Source: Octopus sinensis
Lineage: Eukaryota
Assembly: GCF_006345805.1 (NCBI RefSeq)
Contig: NW_021836461.1
Coordinates: 1-24,108, forward strand
Length of the DNA: 24,108 bases
Direction of reading: 5' to 3'
The notes below the pieces were generated by a model, which ran no database searches, was not told where the DNA came from, and worked only from the letters and a program-made list of their open reading frames with translations. Below are positions 1 to 10,304 of the stretch, piece by piece. Positions within the stretch are counted from its first letter, which is position 1; every line of letters begins with the position of its first letter. Both the position numbers and the translations under genes were made by a program.

Positions 1-28
1 GGGTGTATAAATACATTTTGCTGTCCCT

Positions 29-67
29 ATATACATACATACATACATACATACGTACATACATACA

Positions 68-101
<34 letters not shown>

Positions 102-216
102 CATACATATATACATACACACAACATATTATATATATGTGTGTGTGTTTATATGTGTGTGTATATATATATATATATTCTATATATATATATATATAGT
201 ATATATATATATATTA
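29..216. repeat. (TACA)n/(TA)n/(TG)n compound microsatellite
   Basis: Directly visible simple repeats; source of the HTY-rich ORF at 3-266. Confidence 0.95.
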
Positions 217-306
217 ATTATTTGAGGGAAATTAATCCTAACTTACGGAAAAAGAAATTCAATTAGAAATATTAAATCAAATTTCACACAATATAATATA
301 TATATA

Positions 307-602
307 AAAAATTAGAAATAACCACCTTTTATCAATTCAAAATGAACAATTAAATTACACCATCTAGAAAATTACATATAATAGAAATATTAAAATTAAA
401 ATAACAATAAAATACTAATGATTAAGTAAATTGCAAAGAAATAATAAAATAATAATAATTATATGCATTTTTTTTTTCAATTTACTTAATCATTGGTATT
501 TTATTGTTATTTTAATTTTAATATTTCTATTATATGTAATTTTCTAGATGGTGTAATTTAATTGTTCATTTTGAATTGATAAAGGTGGTTGTTTCTAATT
601 TT
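307..602. mobile_element. AT-rich foldback/palindrome (MITE-like) flanked by (TA)n
   Basis: Arm 307-433 is the reverse complement of 478-602, with about 2 substitutions and 1 indel; 44-bp spacer; (TA)n on both sides. Confidence 0.8.
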
Positions 603-876
603 ACATATATATATATATATAAATGAGTCCTTAGATTGCTTAGAGTTTATAAGCATTGTAAGATTCCCTTATGAGTGAGATCCAGCATTTTAAACTCTGT
701 TGGACTTTTGGACTTCACTCATAGGATATTGGAATATTGCATATATACCTTTATGACTAAAAAATGGACTTACAACTTCAATACCCATACATATCTTGTA
801 TCTATTTTCTTTCCTCCACCTCACTCTCTATTTTGTATCACATCTAAACTAATTATGACTTAACCATCCTCTCACA

Positions 877-930
877 CCGTCTCCGATGAAGGGATATAAT
901 TAATAAATATCCTAGAAACAGCTGTAATAC
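877..930 (+). ncRNA. Degenerate minimal type-I hammerhead motif (Penelope-like terminus)
   Basis: CCGATGA at 883-889 (core CUGAUGA with U4C); stem II GGGATA/TATCCT; GAAA at 915-918; palindrome ACAGCTGT; GTA cleavage triplet; stem I GTCT/ATAC has one mismatch. Confidence 0.45.
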
Positions 931-1170
931 ATTCTATCTATAAATGCTCTAATATTTACACAGCCTTTTTCAAAACGGATCAAAACTAACTGTAAGATGG
1001 AAAATAATGTTTATTTTTGTATACTTCCACTTTATTTATATTGGAAAAGTTTTCGCCTACTTTTTTTGTAATTGCAAAGTCTTTGATCTGATCCTCACAA
1101 CGACACCAAGAACACTTTGAAATTATATTTCCGATCATATCAACCACTTCGAATATTATTTTAGCAAGTT

Positions 1171-1785
1171 AAGGCGGCGAGTTGACAGAATAGTTAGGGA
1201 AGCACTCCGTCGGTTACGACGATGAGGGTTCCGGTTGATCCGAATCAACGGAACAGCAGCCTGCTCGTGAAATTAACGTGTAAGTGGCTGAGCACTCCAC
1301 AGACACGTGCACCCTTAACGTAGTTCTCGGGGATATTCACGTGACACAGAGAGTGACAAGGCCGGTCCCTTGAAATACAGGTACAACAGAAACAGAAGTA
1401 AAGTGAGAGAAAGTTGTGGTGAAAGAGTACAGCAGGGATCACCACCATCCCCTGCTGGAGCCTCGTGGAGCTTTTTTAGGTGTTTTCGCTCAATAAACAC
1501 TCACAACGCCCGGTCAGGGAATCGAAACCGCGATCCTATGACCGCGAGTCCGCTGCCCTAACCACTGGGCCATTGCGCCTCCACTGACAGAATAGTTAAT
1601 ATGTCAGGCAAAAGTATCTAGCAGCATTTCGTCTGCCTTCATGTTCTGAGTTCAAATTCCGCTGAGGTCGACTTTGCCTTTCACTCTTTCGGGATCGATA
1701 AAATAAATACCAGTTGAGCAAGTCAATGTTATCAACTCAATCCCTCTGCCGAAAACGCTGGCCTTGTTCCAAAAATTGAAACAAC
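1171..1785 (+). mobile_element. SINE family B (old monomer), interrupted by SINE-C
   Basis: tRNA-like head GGCGAGTTGACAGAATAGTTA, B-box GAGTTCAAATTCC, core GCCTTTCACTCTTTCGGGATCGATAAA; 16-bp TSD ATTATTTTAGCAAGTT at 1155-1170 and 1786-1801. Confidence 0.85.
1197..1584 (-). mobile_element. SINE family C (tRNA head; central domain resembles Deu/Nin domain by recall)
   Basis: A-box TGGCCCAGTGG and B-box GTTTCGATTCC on the minus strand; near-identical to 7483-7850; 14-bp TSD TGACAGAATAGTTA at 1183-1196 and 1585-1598. Confidence 0.9.
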
Positions 1786-1994
1786 ATTATTTTAGCAAGT
1801 TTAAAATGATTTCTTTTGTGCCTAAACCATTTACCATTTCTGTGATGCCCCTCCCTTCTTTAGATGCCCTAAGCACGTGCTTATATCGCTTGATTGTTAA
1901 TCCAGCTCTGAACGTGGGTTGTTCAGTGGATCGAATAACTGGATTACTGACCGTCGAAACCGACGGAAATTCATAGACTTTTATTTGCTTAGCA

Positions 1995-2357
1995 GTGTGT
2001 GAAGGCGCATGGCTCAGCGGTTAGAGCGTCAGACTCACAATCATGAGATGGTGATTTCGATTCCCAGACCAGGCTGCGTGTTGAGTTCTTGAGCAAGACA
2101 CTTTATTTTCATGTCGCCCCAGTTCACTCGGCTGTAGATATGAGTTGCGACATCACTCATGCTAAGTTGTATTTGCTTTTGCCTTTCCCTTGGACAATAT
2201 CGGTGGCGTGGAGAGGAGAGACTGATATGCATGGGCGACTGCTGGTCTCCATAAACAACCTTGCCCGGACTTGTGCCTCGGACTTGCCCGGACTTGTGCT
2301 TTCTAGGTGCAATCCTATGGTCATTCATGACCGAAGGGGGTCTTTACCCTTTTTTTT
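1995..2357 (+). mobile_element. SINE family E (tRNA head + V-SINE-like GAGCAAGACACTT domain)
   Basis: A-box TGGCTCAGCGG, B-box TTTCGATTCC; 3' end CTAGGTGCAATCCTATGGTCATTCATGACCGAAGGGGGTCTTTACCC shared with the copy at 17051-17346. Confidence 0.85.
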
Positions 2358-2359
2358 AG

Positions 2360-2670
2360 TGTGTTATAGTCATGCCAGAGATCTCATCACAGGCTGATGA
2401 GACCTGCAACTGGTACCATGTAAACCAGTATTTCCTCTTTCATGGTTGAGTGGTCGGCAACTAAACCAGCTCCTCCAGTTGAGTAGCCTGTCACTCTTAT
2501 GAGGAGGGCGTCTGGACCCCCAGCACAAGACCTGCCGAAGGGCAGATGAACTCCTTCTGGGTCGATAATGGCCATCCAGTTGGAGAAAGCAATGGCAAGC
2601 CAGCCCAATATCAGACTGAAGTAATGCTATGACTTCATCTGATAGGAGAACTCGTGGTTGAGAAGACTTT
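2360..2670 (+). mobile_element. RTE-related non-autonomous element/terminus with multiple hairpins
   Basis: TGGAGAAAGCAATGGCAAGCC at 2581-2601 resembles the GGAGAAGGCAATGGCAAACC signature I recall from RTE/BovB-type ends; followed by a 13-bp interrupted hairpin and a (TG)n tail. Confidence 0.5.
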
Positions 2671-2689
2671 TGTGTATGTGTGTATATAA

Positions 2690-2768
<79 letters not shown>

Positions 2769-2792
2769 TGCGTGTGTGTAATATGTATCTAT

Positions 2793-3215
2793 GGCGAGCT
2801 GGCAGAATCGCTAGCACGCCGGGCGAAATGCTTAGGTTAGTATTTCGTCTGCCGCTACGTTCTGAGTTCAAATTCCGCCGAGGTCGACTTTGCCTTTCAC
2901 CCTCTCGGGGTCGATTAAATAAGTACCAGTTACGCACTGGGGTCGATGAGATCGACTTAATCCATTTGTCTGTCCTTGTTTGTCCCCTCTATGTTTAGCA
3001 CCTTGTGGGTAGTAAAGAAATAGGTAGTATTTCGTCTGCTGTTACGTTCTGAGTTCAAATTCCGCTGAGGTTGACTTTGCCTTTCATCTTCTCGGGGTCG
3101 ATTAAATAAGTACCAGTTACGCACTGAGGTCGATGAATCGACTTAATCCATTTGCCTGTCCTTGTTTGTCCCCTCTCTGCTTTGCCCCGCTCCCTGTGGG
3201 CAATAAAGAAATAAG
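2793..3215 (+). mobile_element. SINE family B, dimeric (head + 2 tandem ~187-bp bodies)
   Basis: Head GGCGAGCTGGCAGAATCGCTAGC; TATTTCGTCTG recurs at 2841 and 3028. Confidence 0.9.
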
Positions 3216-3345
3216 TACGTATCTAAAAAAGAATATGTGAAGGACGCGTGTACCTGCGTTGTCTACGTGCGTGTTTAGTTGTAATCGTAATCGTCGTCGT
3301 AGTGTATATGTGTACAGTAGAATATGTGTGTATAAGCAATGTGCG

Positions 3346-3567
3346 TACTCTTACTCTTTTACTTGTTTCAGTCATTTCACTACGGCCATGCTGGAGCACC
3401 GCCTTTAAATCGAGCAACTCGACCCCGGGACTTATTCTTTGTAAGCCCAGTACTTATTCTATCGGTCTCTTTTTGCCGAACCGCTAAGTAACGGGGACAT
3501 AAACACACACCAGCATCGGTTGTCAAGCAATGCTAGGGGGACAAACACAGATACACACACACACACA

Positions 3568-3608
<41 letters not shown>

Positions 3609-3790
3609 TATATATATACATACATATATACGACGGGCTTCTTTCAGTTTCCTCTACCAAATCCACTCACAAGGCTTTGGTCGGCCCGAGGCTATAGTTG
3701 AAGACACTTGCCCAAGGTGCCACGCAGCGGGAGTGAACCCGGAACCATGTGGTTGGTAAGCAAGCTACTTACCACACAGCCACTCCTGCG
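3346..3790 (-). mobile_element. SINE family A, full length
   Basis: Head GGAGTGGCTGTGTGGTAAG, internal (TA)n/(TG)n, 3' CCAGCATGGCCG...GAAACAAG(TAAAAGAG)n tail; matches many copies in the window. Confidence 0.92.
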
Positions 3791-4045
3791 CATGTTTTGT
3801 AGCGTACTTGGGTGCGTTTGAGTATGTGTTTGAGTGTGTAAAATGCAGTATGCATGCGTCGTAGTTTGTGCGCGCGCGCGTGAGTGTGTATGTGTGCATG
3901 GACAGGTGTGTGTGTGTGTGTGTGTGTGTGTTTTGTTATATGAGAGTATAAAAGTTTGTGTTGCAGTTGTGTGGTGACGAGTAAGAAAGAGCAAATTATG
4001 TGTATGTATGTATGTATGTATGTGTGTGTGTATGTATGTATGTGT

Positions 4046-4195
4046 GTGTGGTAAGTAGCTTGCTTACCAACCACACGGTTCCGGGTTCAGTCCCACTGCG
4101 TGGCATCTTGGGCAAGTGTCTTCTACAATAGCCTCGGGCCGACCAAAGCCTTGTGAGTGGATTTGGTAGACGGAAACTGAAAGAAGCCCGTCGTA

Positions 4196-4232
<37 letters not shown>

Positions 4233-4233
4233 A

Positions 4234-4278
<45 letters not shown>

Positions 4279-4506
4279 GCGTGTGTGTGTTTGTGTATCT
4301 GTGTTTGTCCCCCTAGCATTGCTTGACAACCGATGCTGGTGTGTTTATGTCCCCGTTACTTAGCGGTCGGCAAAAGAGACCGATAGAATAAGTACTCGGC
4401 TTACTAAAGAATAAGTCCCGGGTTCGAGTGGCCGACTAAAGGCGGTGCTCCAGCATGGCCGCAGTGAAATGACTGAAACAAGTAAAAGAGTAAAAGAGTA
4501 AGAGTA
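4046..4506 (+). mobile_element. SINE family A, near full length
   Basis: Same architecture as 3346-3790, opposite orientation. Confidence 0.92.
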
Positions 4507-4800
4507 TGTATGTATGGTATGTGTGTATGTATGTATGCATGTATGAATGAATGTATGTGTGTATGTATGTATGTATGGTATGTGTGTATGTATGTATGCA
4601 TGTTTGTATGTAATGTTTGTATGTATGTATGTGTGTGTATGTATGTATGTTTGCATGTATGTCTGTGTGTATGGTATGTGTATGTATGTATGCACGTTTG
4701 TATATGTCTGTATGTATGTGTGTGTATGTGTATATCGTAATGTGTGTATGTATGTTTGTATGTATGTCTGTATATGTGTATGCATGTGTGTATATTTGCA
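4507..4800. repeat. (TATG)n/(TG)n degenerate microsatellite
   Basis: Direct inspection. Confidence 0.95.
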
Positions 4801-4998
4801 TGTGAATGGTCGTTGGTGTTTAGTCAGAAGTCAGCCATGAATGAGTAAACCTATTGTTTTTATAAGCCATTCTTGCCGTGACCATCACGCCTTTCCCAAG
4901 AATATTGTCTGAGGGAATTTGGTTGTTAATTCTAGCAAATCTAGCGATCATGTAGGAGCTTCCTCGTGGGCTCTTGCGTGTGTGTATGCGTGTGTGTA

Positions 4999-5032
<34 letters not shown>

Positions 5033-5280
5033 TGTGTATGTGTGGGGGGGTCTACGCATATGTTTGTAGGTAAGAGAGAGAGAGAGTGAGTGAGAATGAG
5101 TGAGTGAGTGAGTGAGTGAGTGAGTGAGTGTTGCTTATATTTGTGAAATGAGTGGGAGTCGTTTGTGCGAGTGAGTGTGTGTGCGTGGAAGAAAGTGGAT
5201 AGCTTTAGGTGTGGCATGTAACGACAGAGGCGAACACACAGACACAGAGGGTGGCTTTATATATATAGCATAGCAAGAAG

Positions 5281-5480
5281 ACAGAGATAAAGAGGGGGAG
5301 GGAGGGAGGGCGGAACGCTGAATGACAGAGAGAGATGGAGGGAGGGAGGGAGGGGAAGCAGAGAAAGCGAGCGGGGAGGCAACATGAAAATGGGGTAGAG
5401 GCAGGCAGGCAGGCAGAAAGAGGAAGGGGGGGATAAGAGAATGTAGAGAAAGGCAGAGAGGAGGGGCAGGTAGGAGGAAG
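5281..5480. repeat. Polypurine low-complexity tract (GGAG/GGCA/GA repeats)
   Basis: Strongly purine-biased on the plus strand. Confidence 0.85.
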
Positions 5481-5797
5481 GGAAGGCCAAATTTTTTTGA
5501 ATGAATGATAGAGAGGAGGAAAGTTAGTGAGAAGAAAGAGAACTTGCATTGTTGTATTGTTACAAACACACACACACACGCACACACACACACACAAACA
5601 CACAAACGCACACACACTCATACACGTTCACATACGAATGTATATAACTTAGATCCACGTTTGTGTTATGTATCGTGCATATCATTGCGCTAGTGCAGTT
5701 ACATTCGTAGATGGAGAAATAGCCATATATATATGTAATATATATATGTTTGTGCCCATATGTATGCGCGCACACGTAGCTTCACACACGCGCACAC

Positions 5798-5860
<63 letters not shown>

Positions 5861-5898
5861 CTCATTCTTCTATAAACAGAATTATCCGTATATATATA

Positions 5899-6319
5899 TT
5901 TCTTTACTACCCACAAGGGGCTAAACACAGACGGGGGACAAACAAGGACAGACAAGCGGATTAAGTCGATTACATCGACCCCAGTGCGTAAATGGTACTT
6001 AATTTATCGACCCCGAAAGGATGAAAAGGCAAAGTCGACCTCGGCGGAATTTGAACTCAGAACGTAACGTCAGACGAAATATATATTTCTTTACTACCCA
6101 CAAGGGGCTAAACACAGAGGGGGGACAAACAAGGACAGACAAGCGGATTAAGTCGATTATATCGACCCTCAGTGCGTAACTGGTACTTAATTTATCGACC
6201 CCGAAAGGATGAAAAGGCAAAGTCGACCTTGGCGGAATTTGAACTCAGAACGTAACGGCAGACGAAATATGGCCACGCATTTTCGCCCGGCGTGCTAACG
6301 ATTGTGCCAGCTCGCCGCC
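5899..6319 (-). mobile_element. SINE family B, dimeric
   Basis: CCACAAGGGGCTAAACACAGA recurs at ~5911 and ~6098; head CCAGCTCGCCGCC at 6308-6319. Confidence 0.9.
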
Positions 6320-6411
6320 CTATGTGTAATATATATATATGTTTGTGCCCATATGTATGCACACACACACACACACACACACACGCACATAGCTTCACAC
6401 ACGCATAGCTT

Positions 6412-6442
<31 letters not shown>

Positions 6443-6552
6443 ACATGCGCGCGGACTCATTCTTTTATAAACAGAATCACCCGTATATATGCACAACCTT
6501 ATGTAGTCAAGGTGCATGCGTGCGTACGTAATTTTAAAACCACGAATGTATA

Positions 6553-6935
6553 TACTCTTTTACTCTTTTACTTGTTTCAGTCATTTGACTGCGGCCATGC
6601 TGGAGCACCGCCTTTAATCGAGCAACCCGACCCCGAGACTTATTCTTTAGTAAGCCAGTACTTATTCTATCGGTCTCTTTTGCCGAACGCTAAGTACGGG
6701 ACATTAACACACCAGCATCGTTGTCAAGCAATGCTAGGGGGACAAACACAGATACACAAACACACACACGCATATATATATATACATATATACGACGGGC
6801 TTCTTTCAGTTTCCGTCTACCAAATCCACTCACAAGGCATTGGTCGGCCCGGGGCTATAGCAGAAGACACTTGCCCAAGGAGCCACGCAGTGGGACTGAA
6901 CCCGGAACCATGTGGTTGGTAAACAAGCTACTCCC
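6553..6935 (-). mobile_element. SINE family A
   Basis: Tail TACTCTTTTACTCTTTTACTTGTTTC at 6553; head to ~6935. Confidence 0.9.
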
Positions 6936-6956
6936 ACTCAGCGCGTTTATATACAC

Positions 6957-7150
6957 CAGTGCTTTTCAACCTTTTTGCTGGAGCGGAACTCCAAGGAAAC
7001 ATTCCACTGGCTCTAGGAACCCCTGTGCAATACTTTAATTGTCTTATGCAAAAAAAAAAAAAAAGAAAAAGAAACAGCATTTAATTACTGAAATGAAAAT
7101 ACTCATGTTCAGATTTATTTACAATAAAATCACAAACTGTAAAAAATTGT
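6957..7150 (+). mobile_element. hAT (Charlie-like) left-end fragment
   Basis: Starts CAGTGCTTTTCAACCTTTTTG, resembling the CAGTGGTTCTCAACC terminus typical of Charlie hATs; no partner TIR seen. Confidence 0.45.
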
Positions 7151-7184
7151 CACGTACGTATATGTATATATGTATGTATGTATA

Positions 7185-7402
7185 TTTCTTTACTGCCCAC
7201 AAGGCGCTAAACTCAGAAACACAAGGACAGACAAAGAGATTAAGTCGATTATATCGACCCCAGTGCGTAACTGGTACTTTAATTTATCGACCCCCGAAAG
7301 GATGAAAGGCAAAGTCGACCTCGGCGGAATTTGAACTCAGAACGTAGCGGCAGACGAAATACGGCTGCGCATTTCGCCCGGCGTGCTAACATTTCTGCCA
7401 GC
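7185..7402 (-). mobile_element. SINE family B, one body
   Basis: High similarity to the other B copies. Confidence 0.88.
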
Positions 7403-7482
7403 ATATATGCATGCATATAATGTGTGTGCGCGCGTGTGTGTGTGCGTACACATGCATTCACACACACCGTACACATATAAAT

Positions 7483-7850
7483 GTGGAGGCGCAATGGCCC
7501 AGTGGTTAGGGCAGCGGACTCGCGGTTTCGTTTCCCAGACCGGGCGTTGTGAGTGTTTATTGAGCGAAAACACCTAAAGCTCCACGAGGCTCCGGCAGGG
7601 GATGGTGGTGATCCCTGCTGTACTCTTTCACCACAACTTTCTCTCACTCTTACTTCCTGTTTCTGTGTACCTGTATTTCAAGGGCCGCCTTGTCACTCTC
7701 TGTGTCACGCTGAATATCCCCGAGAACTACGTTAAGGGTACACGTGTCTGTGGAGTGCTCAGCCACTTACACGTTAATTTCACGAGCAGGCTGTTCCGTT
7801 GATCGGATCAACCGGAACCCTCGTCGTCGTAACCGACGGAGTGCTTCCAT
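7483..7850 (+). mobile_element. SINE family C
   Basis: Near-identical to the reverse complement of 1197-1584; lacks the segment between two CGCGGT repeats in the head. Confidence 0.9.
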
Positions 7851-8109
7851 CCATCATCACATATAAATGCCGGAGGTATATTTTTCTAGATGCGTTGTAC
7901 ATCTCGTTTGTTCGTTTGTGTGTACGTTCGTACAAACGTTTGTCAGTGATCAGGTGTAAGCTTTGAGCGACTTCGCAGCTCGGAGTGAAGTTCACGGCCT
8001 TTGTATCTTTGTGAATGACTTCGCTTTTGTCTTCCACGCTGCAATCGTTCCAGATTCAACTCACGATTTCAGATCAAAACACTCGCCACACAACTTACAT
8101 CTCCGTAAT

Positions 8110-8266
8110 TGGTGTAGTCGTGGCTGTGGTTAGAAGGTTGCTTTCCAACCACATGGTTCCGGGCTCTATCCCACTGCGTGGCACCTTGTGTACCTTCTGA
8201 TATTGTATCGGACCAACCAAAGTCTTGTGAGTAGATTTGGTTGGCGGAAACTGAAAGAAGCCTGTA
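8110..8266 (+). mobile_element. SINE family A 5' half (diverged)
   Basis: GTGGCTGTGGTTAGAAGG...GGAAACTGAAAGAAGCC followed by (TA)n. Confidence 0.8.
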
Positions 8267-8275
8267 GTATATGTA

Positions 8276-8312
<37 letters not shown>

Positions 8313-8415
8313 TACATCAAATACGCAACAGGATATCCAGAGGTAATGCAGTACGCTCGTTTCATCGCGACTCCATTTAATTGAACAATGCCATCATTTC
8401 ATTTTATATATATAT

Positions 8416-8449
<34 letters not shown>

Positions 8450-8595
8450 AATATATATAGTTTACCCATAATGGTTCTTTCAATAATACCGAAATACTTG
8501 TAAAATTATTATCAATTAATTAATTTTACCCTTTATTAGATATATATATATATATATATATATATAAACACCACACACACACACACACACACATG

Positions 8596-8921
8596 CGCAG
8601 GCATGGCTGCTAAGTGTCTTCTACTATAGCTTGTGAGTGGATTTGGTAGACGGAAACTGAAAGAAGCCTGTCGTATATACATATATAAATATATATAATG
8701 TGTGTGTATGCATATGTTTGTGTGTCTGGGATGTTTCCCTACCGTCATCGCATGACAACCGGTGTTGGTGTGTTTACGTCCCCGTAACTTAGCGGTTCGG
8801 CACAAGAGGCCGATAAGATAAGTACTAGGCTCACAAAGAATACGTGCTGGGATCGATTTGTTCGACCAAAGGCGGTGCTCTAGCATTGCCGCAGTCAAAT
8901 GATTGAAACAAATAAAAGAAT
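8596..8921 (+). mobile_element. SINE family A with internal head deletion
   Basis: GCAGGCATGGCTG joined directly to AAGTGTCTTCTACTATAGC; 3' half intact. Confidence 0.82.
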
Positions 8922-8944
8922 GTGTGTGCAGTTTTTATATGTCC

Positions 8945-9135
8945 CCCAACAATCAGTGTTAGTGTGTTCACGCCCCCGTAACATAGTGGTTCGGCAAAAG
9001 AGAAGGATACATTAAGTACCATTCTGTAAGCAAAACATGATTAGTCGATTCATTCGACTAAACATTCTTTAAGGCGATTGATTGCCCAGCATGACTGATG
9101 CTTCATGACTGAAACAAGTAAAAGGAATAACATAA
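8945..9135 (+). mobile_element. SINE family A 3' half (old)
   Basis: TAGTGGTTCGGCAAAAGAG...CCAGCATG...GACTGAAACAAGTAAAAG. Confidence 0.75.
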
Positions 9136-9159
9136 AATATATTAACACCTTTCCCTCCT

Positions 9160-9192
<33 letters not shown>

Positions 9193-9201
9193 CTCTCTCT
9201 G

Positions 9202-9234
<33 letters not shown>

Positions 9235-9240
9235 TATAAT

Positions 9241-10110
9241 AAATGTCCTTGTTTTTTTTCCGTCCTTTTTTATTCACCTACTGTCCTAATGTTTTGTTGT
9301 CGCCTATTACGTTCTTGTTCCATTTTTTGCTTCATTTTTTTATATATACATACAGCGGCGTACGTACACTTTTGGTCTCCTATATGTAAGTGCATATATA
9401 TATGTAAATTTTGTACGACTCTTACTCTTTCCTTTAGCCCCTTTCATACATTCTTCGCTCCTTCCACTTTACTTTTTCTCGCTCCCAACCTCTCTCACAT
9501 TTCTTGGCACTCCCTTCATTCTCACCACTATCTCTCCTCATTAACCTCTGTCTGTCCCTTTCCTTTTTCTCTCTTTCTCGTCCCTCCCTAATTCTTCAAT
9601 CCCTCTATCCACTACCTCTCTCTTCTCCTTTCACGTGACCGGTGTTCGGCCAAGTCTGACCTTTCTTTCTTGGTTCAACTACCATCCGTGCAGCAACTGT
9701 TGTATTTCTTCCCATGACTTTCACCTCCCATGTTCCTGCCGTAAGGCTTCACATCCATACATGCCAGCTTAATAAAAGTCGTCCTTAGTCGAAAGACGCC
9801 TGTTGATAATGTCCTGTTGTCTATATTTGTAATTGTGTACCATTTCTCCGATACTTTCTTTTTGTCCTTTCTCGAATACATTCGCTTGCTTTTTTCTAAA
9901 GAATCTAGTGCTCATAGCTCAGATTTTCTTGGGGCCGGCCAGATTAGAACAATCTCGAGACTAACCGGCCGAAGCTGCAAAGACGATCTGCTTCTCGATT
10001 GAAGATTGACAGCTCCGAATGTCCTGTCCTTGCTTTTTCCTGTCCTTTTTTGTATTACCTACTGTCCAAATGTTTTGTTGTCGCCTGTTACGTTCTTGTT
10101 CCATTTTTGT
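9241..10110 (+). mobile_element. Unclassified repeat (Penelope-like architecture) with ~100-bp direct terminal repeat
   Basis: 9241-9345 is repeated at 10021-10110, each ending at (TA)n; 9620-10110 is homologous to the reverse complement of 21585-22050. Confidence 0.6.
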
Positions 10111-10304
10111 TCTGATTTCATATATATATATATATACTATAATAATATTCTTGTGTTTTCTCCGTCACATCACAACATATGAATGAGAAAGGAAGGGGTG
10201 ATAGATGAATAAGGAAGGAAAGGGTGATGGCAAATTTGATTGTGGGATGATGGAAATACTATGGTGCAAAAAAAATCAAAGTTTCAATTGTGTGTGTGTG
10301 TGTG

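Noticed and set aside
1890-1970. Two hairpins (CTGAAC/GTTCAG; CCGTCG/CGACGG) as a Helitron 3' end
   Set aside because: No CTRR terminus at the expected position and no second copy.
1995-2070. tRNA-like sequences at SINE heads (all families)
   Set aside because: A/B boxes are present but there is no complete cloverleaf and they run into SINE bodies; not tRNA genes.
2394-2430. CTGATGA as a hammerhead core
   Set aside because: No properly placed GAAA/stem III; the motif is sequestered in a hairpin.
4800-4980. Unique-looking segment, possible exon
   Set aside because: No supportable reading frame or splice signals.
7890-8105. Non-repetitive stretch with short open frames (possible exon)
   Set aside because: No recognisable protein motif or convincing splice-site pair.
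8340-8510. GAAAC-GAGC-GTA (minus) and GAAATACTTGTA hammerhead-like halves
   Set aside because: No CUGANGA core or palindrome.
9998-10025. YTGAAGA...CGAAT as a hammerhead, and GGCCGGC (9933) as HDV P1
   Set aside because: GAAT instead of GAAA, no stem II/III; HDV L3/P1.1 elements absent.
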